Below, one piece after another: positions 55,405 through 64,000 of a stretch of DNA of 64,000 bases. The stretch is from Macrostomum lignano (lineage: Eukaryota): assembly GCA_002269645.1 (NCBI GenBank), contig NIVC01001650.1, positions 1 through 64,000 of the forward strand, in the 5' to 3' direction. The notes beneath the pieces are model-generated. The model ran no database searches. It was given only the letters and a program-made list of their open reading frames with translations, and was not told where the DNA came from. Made by a program: the position numbers and the translations under genes. The number at the start of each line of letters is the position of its first letter. Within the stretch, counting starts at the first letter, position 1.

Positions 55405-56499
55405 CGCCAGCTCAGTCAGTCGGTCACGCACACTGGAGCTGCTCCAGTTAAGTTGCGCGCATGGCTTCAAGAAATCGAGAAGATGAAAAGAAGTTTGTTG
55501 GTTGCTTGGCACGGCTCAGCAAACAGTAACGGGAGAGGCTGGGGATGCAATCGAAGCAGTCCTGGCAGGAGTTGCAATGGGCGGCGTTGCCTTGGCGGAG
55601 CGCAGAGCAGAAGTCAGATTATACTGGCAGCGGCAAGGGAGTTTGCAGCCGGGCTCTGACGAATATTGCAGGGAATCGCTGAGCAAATTTTCGCATTACC
55701 TCTTCTTATCTTCTCTCTCTCTCCTTAGCCCTGCTCAATCGGGGCGAATTGCTGTGTGTTTGTCTCCAGCCAACCAGAGGGCAGGTGGGCCAAGCAGGGG
55801 TGGGCGGGGCAGGTGGCTCGCAGCTGCATACAGAGATTAGGCGGGACGGAGGGCTCCGCTTGGCAGCAGGTGAGACACAGCGCCCTGTGGAGCCGTGCCA
55901 GCGCCTCACTAACCCCCCTCCGCCCCCGTACACTGCCGAACTTGTCGGCCACTTTGAAACTTGAGGCACTTCGCTCATCTGTGCTTTCTCAATGCTCACG
56001 CACCCACTTGTGGGCGTAAAGTTAGAACTCAATTTTTGCGGTCCTGTTTTTTAGCAAAGCCGAGCTTGAGCTCGACTGGCAGGCAGTCCCGGCGCGCCAC
56101 CTACGCATTTTTAGCGCTGATGTCACGCGGCGTGACTATTAATAGAAACAAATTTTATTGCTTTTTATTTCGCTCTCATGACGAAACACCAAGCCGGACG
56201 CTTCCATTCAGATAAAAGCAGAGTTTGAAGCCTCTCCGTCCAGGCTGCATGACTGCTGTTAAATTGCTTCTCGTTATTGTAGTTTGCAAATTATGAAATA
56301 TGACTTCAACTTCAAGCTCCGAAACGGCTGCTGAGATGGGAATGATGAGGCAAAGAATGATTATATCAATCCTGTTATACTAATGAGCGATGTGTTAAGC
56401 TGTCTTTGCTGCCAAATATGCTAAGTGCCACCGAAAGCTGTCGTATGGCGCTTAGGGTGTCGGTGGCAGCAAAGCTATCAGATGTCAGGGAGGCGTCAG

Positions 56500-57390
56500 A
56501 TGGAGCAGGGAGGCGCCAAAGGGGCAGGAAGGCGCCAAATGGGATAGGGGGTGCCAAATGGGACAGAGAAGCGCCAAATAGGATAGGGAGGCGCCAAATG
56601 GGACAGAGAGGCGCCAAATAGGACAGAGAAGCGCCAAATGGGACAGAGAGGCGTCAAGTGGGACAGGCAGGGGCCAAATAGGACAGAGAGGCGCCAAATG
56701 GGACAGAGAGGCGCCAAATAGGATAGGGAGGTGCCAAATAGGATAGGGAGGCGCCAAATGGGATAGAAAGGCGCCAAATGAGACAGGAAGGCGCCAAATG
56801 GGACAGATAGGCGCCAAATAGGATAGGGAGGCGCCAAATGGGACAGAGAGGCGCCAAATGGGACAGAGAGGCGTCAAATAGGATAGGGAGGCGCCAACTG
56901 GGACAGAGAGGCGCCAAATGGGACAGATAGGCGCCAAATAGGATAGGGAGGCGCCAAATGGGACAGAGAGGCGCCAAATGGGACAGAGAGGCGTCAAATA
57001 GGATAGGGAGGCGCCAACTGGGACAGAGAGGCGCCAAATGGGACAGAGAGGCGTCAAATAGGATAGGGAGGCGCCAACTGGGACAGAGAGGCGCCAAATG
57101 GGACAGATAGGCGCCAAATAGGATAGGGAGGCGCCAAATGGGACAGAGAGGCGCCAAATGGGACAGAGAGGCGCCAAATAGGATAGGGAGGCGCCAACTG
57201 GGACAGAGAGGCGCCAAATGGGACAGATAGGCGCCAAATAGGATAGGGAGGCGCCAAATGGGACAGAAAGGCGCCAAATGGGACAGGAAGGCGTCAAATG
57301 GGACAGGAAGGCGCCAAATAGGATAGGGAGGCGCCAAATGGGACAGAAAGGCGCCAAATGGGACAGGAAGGCGTCAAATGGGACAGGGAG
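56500..57390. repeat. 20-bp minisatellite (GGCGCCAAATGGGACAGAGA) with higher-order pattern
   Basis: Tandem copies visible. Confidence 0.96.
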
Positions 57391-57922
57391 GCGCCCAAAG
57401 ATGTTTGGGGCGCCACATCCAGTCGGGGCGGAGCTTGGCGACAGCAGCGGTTAGATCTGTGCCGAAGCGAGGGGCAGTGCGTCTGCCGCTCACAGGCGTT
57501 TAGCAGGGCTCGTCTCTGACTAGGACTGCATTGTAAACATCTGCATGGTCCTCAGGGTCATCTGCACCACATTTTTACAGCAAAGAAAGTGCTGCGGCTA
57601 ATGCACACGGGGTAGTAGTGCATGGCGGAGCCATCAATTATTAAGCGCTGATGGCGAAAAGTCGCAATTGGGCCGCCCATTAAGTAGAATTATCAGGATT
57701 GGCTCGAAACTACAAGTAGAAATTCTGCTCGAGTAAAAGCCAGCCGTTTTTTGGTTACTTTCCATTGGGTTGCGGGATCGGGATGCGGGATCGGGATGCT
57801 GCATGCGGGATCGGGGGTCGCCATCACAAACCCGAAAAATCACAACTCCGAAAGCACTTCCCATCACAAACCCGAAATATCATAACTTCGAAAACCAAAA
57901 TAGTGTTGGACATTGCTAGAAC

Positions 57923-59760
57923 TTTCGGAGTTATGATATTTCGGGCTTGTGATATTTCGGGTTTATGATATTTCGGGTTTATGATATTTCGGGTTTATGA
58001 TATTTCGGGTTTATGATATTTCGGGTTTATGATATTTCGGGTTTATAATATTTCGGGTTTATGATATTTCGGGTTTATGATATTTCGGGTTTATGATATT
58101 TCGGGTTTATGATATTTCGGGTTTATGATATTTCGGGTTTATGATATTTCGGGTTTATGATATTTCGGGTTTATGATATTTCGGGTTTATGATATTTCGG
58201 GTTTATGATATTTCGGGTTTATGATATTTCGGGTTTGTGATATTTCGGGTTTATGATATTTCGGGTTTATGATATTTCGGGTTTATGATATTTCAGGTTT
58301 ATGATATTTCAGGTTTATGATATTTCGGGTTTATGATATTTCAGGTTTATGATATTTCGGGTTTATGATATTTCGGGTTTATGATATTTCGGGTTTATGA
58401 TATTTCGGGTTTATGATATTTCGGGTTTATAATATTTCGGGTTTATGATATTTCGGGTTTATGATATTTCGGGCTTGTGATATTTCGGGTTTATGATATT
58501 TCGGGTTTATGATATTTCGGGCTTGTGATATTTCGGGTTTATGATATTTCGGGTTTATGATATTTCGGGTTTATGATATTTCGGGTTTATGATATTTCGG
58601 GTTTATGATATTTCGGGTTTATGATATTTCGGGTTTATGATATTTCGGGTTTATGATATTTCGGGTTTATGATATTTCGGGTTTATGATATTTCGGGTTT
58701 ATGATATTTCGGGTTTATGATATTTCGGGTTTATGATATTTCCGGTTTATGATATTTCGGGTTTATGATATTTCGGGTTTATGATATTTCGGGTTTATGA
58801 TATTTCGGGTTTATGATATTTCGGGTTTATGATATTTCGGGTTTATGATATTTCGGGTTTATGATATTTCGGGTTTATGATATTTCGGGTTTATGATATT
58901 TCGGGTTTATGATATTTCGGGTTTATGATATTTCGGGTTTGTGATATTTCGGGTTTATGATATTTCGGGTTTATGATATTTCGGGTTTATGATATTTCAG
59001 GTTTATGATATTTCAGGTTTATGATATTTCGGGTTTATGATATTTCAGGTTTATGATATTTCGGGTTTATGATATTTCGGGTTTATGATATTTCGGGTTT
59101 ATGATATTTCGGGTTTATGATATTTCGGGTTTATGATATTTCGGGTTTATGATATTTCGGGTTTATGATATTTCGGGTTTATGATATTTCGGGTTTATGA
59201 TATTTCGGGTTTATGATATTTCGGGTTTATGATATTTCGGGTTTATGATATTTCGGGTTTATGATATTTCGGGTTTATGATATTTCGGGTTTGTGATATT
59301 TCGGGTTTATGATATTTCGGGTTTATGATATTTCGGGTTTATGATATTTCAGGTTTATGATATTTCGGGTTTATGATATTTCGGGTTTATGATATTTCGG
59401 GTTTATGATATTTCGGGTTTATGATATTTCGGGTTTATGATATTTCGGGTTTATGATATTTCGGGTTTATGATATTTCGGGTTTATGATATTTCGGGTTT
59501 ATGATATTTCGGGTTTATGATATTTCGGGTTTGTGATATTTCGGGTTTATGATATTTCGGGTTTATGATATTTCGGGTTTATGATATTTCAGGTTTATGA
59601 TATTTCGGGTTTATGATATTTCGGGTTTATGATATTTCGGGTTTATGATATTTCGGGTTTATGATATTTCGGGTTTATGATATTTCGGGTTTATGATATT
59701 TCGGGTTTATGATATTTCGGGTTTATGATATTTCGGGTTTATGATATTTCGGGTTTATGA
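57923..59760. repeat. 16-bp minisatellite (ATGATATTTCGGGTTT), ~115 copies
   Basis: Highly homogeneous array forming one arm of an inverted repeat. Confidence 0.98.
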
Positions 59761-59859
59761 TGGAAAGCGCTTTTCCGAGTTGTGATTTTTCGCGTTTGTG
59801 ATGCCCCCGGGGATGGGGACGTTGGATCGGAAAGCGAAATCGAGATCGGGATCCCAATC

Positions 59860-60045
59860 GGGGTGTGGGATCGGGATGTGGGATTGAGATGCGGGACCGG
59901 GATGCGGGGTCGGGATGTGGGATCGGGATGTGGGATCGGGATGTGGGATCGGGATGTGGGATTGGGATGTGGGATCGGGATGCGGGATCGGGATGCGGGA
60001 TCGGGATGTGGGATTGGGATGTGGGATCGGGATGCGGGATCAGGA
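59860..60045. repeat. 13-bp minisatellite (GGGATCGGGATGT)
   Basis: Related units also at 57773-57815. Confidence 0.93.
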
Positions 60046-60329
60046 ACGGAATCCTGGATGTCAAACCTGGATGTCTATTTTTTTTCAGATCGCAAACCTG
60101 TGTAGCTGAATAATCTTTTTGATTCGAATTTCTGTTTTTCAGTTTTAAAGAAATTTGAGTTTTTCTGCCTCAGCTTTCGTGACTGCTCTTTCGTATAGCG
60201 GAGAGGCTGCTCTTCTAGCCTGCAAAATATTCCCCTTTTTTGCACGATTTCACTCAGCGATTTTGTCTTCTACTTCTTTTCTAATCTCGTACCAGCGTCT
60301 ACCTTGCCTTCTAGCCTAAAAATACTGTT

Positions 60330-60715
60330 CACTTTAATCCCCACCCCAATAAACTCGAATCCCCACCCCGATAAACTCGAATCCCCACCCCAATAAACTC
60401 AAATCCCCACCCCAATAGACTTGAATCCCCACCCCAATAGACTCGAATCCCCACCCCAATAGACTTGAATTCCCACCCCAATAAACTCGAATCCCCACCC
60501 CAATAGACTTGAATCCCCACCCCGATAGACTTGAATCCCCACCCCAATAAACTCGAATCCCCACCCCGATAAACTCAAATCCCCACCCCAATAGACTTGA
60601 ATCCCCACCCCAATAGACTCGAATCCCCACCCCAATAGACTTGAATCCCCACCCCAATAAACTTGAATCCCCACCCCAATAAACTCGAATCCCCACCCCA
60701 ATAAACTCGAATCCC
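60330..60715. repeat. 22-bp minisatellite (AATCCCCACCCCAATAAACTCG)
   Basis: Period 22. Confidence 0.95.
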
Positions 60716-61984
60716 AATCTCAATCAGGTGATTTTGATCCCCCACGCCCCCATTTATTCTTTCCTGGCGCACAAGGAGCAAAATATTTTCATAAGAGCAG
60801 ATCAATAAATCTCCATGTCAGAACAGCCGAGAATTCAACCGGATGCTGGCCAGATGCAGTTACTGTAAACAATGTCCCCTATATTATAATTTTTCAGCCC
60901 TTTCACAAACAGCAGCCGAAAATGACCCAGCCCTCACCTGATGGTGTCGAAAGAGAAGCAAGAAAATCGAAAACTGCAGCAGCAGCAAAACTAATGACAA
61001 GAAAGGCAGACTTGAGTAAGGCCTGATGAAGCTGTCTTGTATTCGGAAGCTGGATCGGAGACGGGGGTCTACAGTTGCATGTGAATTCGGTTCTGCCCGC
61101 ATCAAGTCATTCGCTGACACACAGACAGGGCGGGGCGATGCGGAAGCTGAATAAGTTGATGAAGCAGCCTTGAGCTGAGGGCGAGAGCGCGGCCAAGGCG
61201 TACTTGAACTGAAATCTCTGGACTGGCAAACTGCACCCCTGAAACCTTCGTTTCTTACAAGAGAACACCGGAAGCAGTTCGCTTTAGCTTTGTCTGCAGC
61301 ACAGTGGAAATTCAGAGATCTGACTCACTGGCCAACTTCAGAGCAGGATTGATCAACAAAATTTAAAGTTCAACCACAGTTCAACCGCTTTTAGCGGAAC
61401 ATCCTTTGGTCTTCACTGAACAGAAATTCACAAATCATTTCTCAGTTTTAGTAGCAGAGCGCGGAAATCGACCAGGGGCTTGTCGCGTGACGTAGATGCC
61501 AACCCCGAAGGTACAAATAGCTCGTAATTATATTCGCTGGACAGTCGGGGACGCTGTACAAGCCTGCACATCCGTGAGCGTGTGCGGAGCCTGACTTCAG
61601 AGTAAAAAAGACAGTGAAATTGAGTTGCGAGTCCGGATGTCTCGTCTTAAAACTCCTCGGCCGGGCTGTAGACCCGCACGGATCTGCATGGCCCCGATCT
61701 CTTTCGCAGGCAGCCTCGAGTCCGCGCGTCCTTCTCCCCAGCTATTCCGCGCTCATTTTTTCGCAGATTAGCCAAATTTAAGCTGCCTGCACTTCATCAA
61801 GGTCTATTCCCAGATACAGCCAGTCTCCCCCCAATCATCTGCGAGCGACTTCCTCCGTCTTCTTTCAAGGCAGATTATTAAAAAATATATCTTTTTTCTT
61901 AAATTGCTCTGCTAGCGGAAATGTCTCAATACGTACGAGTAAGGAGCACCCGGCTGTCACGATACTCGCCAATTTCTAAGCAAA

Positions 61985-62690
61985 GATGAATAGGAAGACA
62001 AAAATCAACAATAAATAAATTTAATTTAACGACGCGTTTCGCACGATACTGTGCATCTTCAGGTTTATTTTGAGCGAAAGAAACGAGTGAGATCGGCAGT
62101 AAATAAATAATATTTGAAGTACAGGTTTGTTGGTCCAAAAGTCGAGCGGCAAAGTCCAGGGACGGAATGATAGCGATATAGTTAGAAGTATATAATGTAC
62201 ATCCAGTGTCCCCTCCCTCAGAACACACGGAGAACATGTCCCGCGCCACTGTGTTGGAGTTGAGTGTTGAGGTTGGGGGAATGCGCTTTAATGTACAGCG
62301 CTTCAAGTATCTGGAGTTTGGAGTCAAATGAGCATTGAGCAACGACTTTGAAGCGCTCTTCGGTTTGCAGTTGGAGCAACAATTACACTCTAAGAGTGGT
62401 TTTGTAAAGCCGACGGTTTCAGCCAGTGCTCCCTGATTCTAGTGTGCAGGTGCCTTTTTGTCTTCCCCACGTAGTAGACGCTCTGGTCATCAGAGCAGTT
62501 GAACTGATAAACGACACCAGCACGAAGAGCACAGGGAACACGTGACTTCAACCGACCGACAAAGTTGTCAACCTTAGCAGAACGAAAGATGACCAGAGGT
62601 TTTTCAGGTTTATGAACCTCACAGACCCCGTAGAGCTGACCAAGTTGGCTCCCACTGGGCAGGATGTGCTGGTAAGTGCTTTTATCCATG
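61985..62690 (-). mobile_element. Penelope-like element remnant (RT N-terminal fragment joined to GIY-YIG endonuclease, plus 3' terminal region)
   Basis: QLYGVCEVHKPEKPL (RT pre-motif LYGLPKVHKP) joined to GVVYQFNC...YYVGKTKRHLHTRIREH...SALQNH and, after a frameshift, KLQILEALYIKAHSPNLNTQ (stop at 62218). Most of the RT is deleted. Confidence 0.85.
62028..62065 (-). ncRNA. Minimal type-I hammerhead ribozyme motif in the PLE 3' region
   Basis: Minus strand AAC-CUGAAGA-U-GCAC(AGUAUC)GUGC-GAAA-CGCG-UC^GUU: conserved core, 4-bp stem II, palindromic ACGCGU in place of stem III, 3-bp stem I (AAC/GUU). Confidence 0.75.
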
Positions 62691-62825
62691 AGCTTTACGG
62701 GGTTCTGTAAGGTTCATAAACCTGAAAACCTCTTAGACCAATCGTCTATGATTAACACCGCTGAATATGAGCTGGCCAAGTATCTGGATTCCCCCATCAA
62801 GCCTCTCATTCCGTCTTACTTGCCA
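62691..62825 (+). mobile_element. Penelope-like RT fragment in opposite orientation
   Basis: GFCKVHKPE, PLRPIV (offset frame) and MINTAEYELAKYLDSPIKPLIP match the PLE RT motif KVHKP..PLRPIVS.I.SP.Y.LAKYL..IL.PL. Confidence 0.75.
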
Positions 62826-63119
62826 ATCTTACTTGCCAAGCGAGCAACTTTACCTGAGTTTTACTTTCAAATCTAAGCAAAGAAATTTAATAACTCAGGT
62901 AAGAATCACCACATTTTCGCGTTCACCTTTAGAGACCGTCGTGAGGCTACGCGCGAAAGAGCAAGTGAATGTAAGAGCAACTCACTCTACTGACAGTAAA
63001 TGAATCAGGGTAATTTTAGAAAAAAACTTTGCAAACAATCAAATTTAAGAAATGTCGGGTATAGACCAAAAAAGCAATATCCGCAAGAGCGCTGTGGTCA
63101 CCATGGCGCAACGCTTTCG

Positions 63120-63450
63120 GTCGATTGACTGCGGTCAAGCGGACAATTGACTGCGGTCAAGCGGACAAAATGACTGCGGACAATTGACTGCGGTCAAGCG
63201 GACAAAATGACTGCCGACCGACAATTGACTGCCAACAAAATGACTGCCGACAATTTGACTGCGGCGATTTGATTGCGGACAAAATGACTGCCGACAATTT
63301 GACTGCCGACAAAATGACTGCCGACAATTTGACTGCCGACAAAATGACTGCCGACAATTTGACTGCCGACAAAATGACTGCCGACAATTTGACTGCCGAC
63401 AAAATGACTGCCGACAAAATGACTGCCGACAATTTGACTGCCGACAAAAT
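63120..63450. repeat. 15-bp minisatellite (GACTGCCGACAAAAT/GACTGCCGACAATTT)
   Basis: Alternating variants give a 30-bp period. Confidence 0.94.
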
Positions 63451-64000
63451 GATGCTCCTAAAGTTTAGCACGTTTTTACTCTTTCACCTTAAAATGTGTC
63501 GTTCGGTGAAATATTATATTGATGTTATTTATTGTTGTCAAGATATTAATTAGAATAACGCAGAACAGAATACACTTCCTGTGTAAATACAGACTGCAAT
63601 TCTAAAGGCACAAGTGGAACACTTTTTGTTTCTTGGAAAAACCTATATATAATAAAATTCCTTTTAATCTTGGAGGTCTAAGAAAGGGTGCTAAATCGAT
63701 TTTGGAAAGGATCACTTAGGGCCGAAGATTCGAGATTCCCCCAGAGACCACCGCTAAAACGGTTGGGAATTCTTAAAAAGCGCGTTTAATTTCATTTTGG
63801 ATACTCCTGAGTGCAGGGAATCCAAGCTTAGGGATATAGGATCTTTCTGATCTATCGATTTCAGAACCCCAGAAACGTGGAGCCAAAGGCAATGCAGGAT
63901 TGCAATCAGTCTGAGCCTGACACAGAGGAAGAGATCCTGAATTGAAATTGCAAAATTGCAAATTGCAATCCCTCAGGGAGGCAGTCTGGGTCAAAAGGCC

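Noticed and set aside
60896-61620. Short exon-like segments on both strands
   Set aside because: Could not be joined into a consistent gene or matched to a known family.

Overview
Eukaryotic (animal) genomic DNA: GC-rich exons separated by introns largely filled with mini- and microsatellites. This style suggests the flatworm Macrostomum lignano or a relative (inference, not verified). I reconstructed five protein genes by hand from GT-AG boundaries and phase continuity: FHAD1 (+, 15 exons, one 1-nt frameshift), a compact Prospero/PROX homeobox gene (+, 5 exons), a GH20 beta-hexosaminidase (+, at least 9 exons), a MYLIP/IDOL FERM-RING E3 ligase (+, 6 exons), and an intronless LRR receptor (-) with a Toll-type multi-cysteine-cluster ectodomain but no TIR domain. 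Mobile DNA comprises a Tc1 transposase remnant, two inverted tRNA-derived CORE-type SINE copies, a rearranged Penelope-like element carrying a minimal hammerhead ribozyme motif, and a possible MITE. The strongest leads are: (1) minisatellites whose units are regulatory or splicing signals, above all an 8-copy CLEAR/E-box plus NR-half-site array just upstream of the lysosomal hexosaminidase ATG and a 6-copy tandem of a splice donor; (2) the TIR-less Toll-like receptor; (3) an IDOL lacking most of FERM lobe F2. Homologies are recognised from memory of family motifs; no database searches were run.
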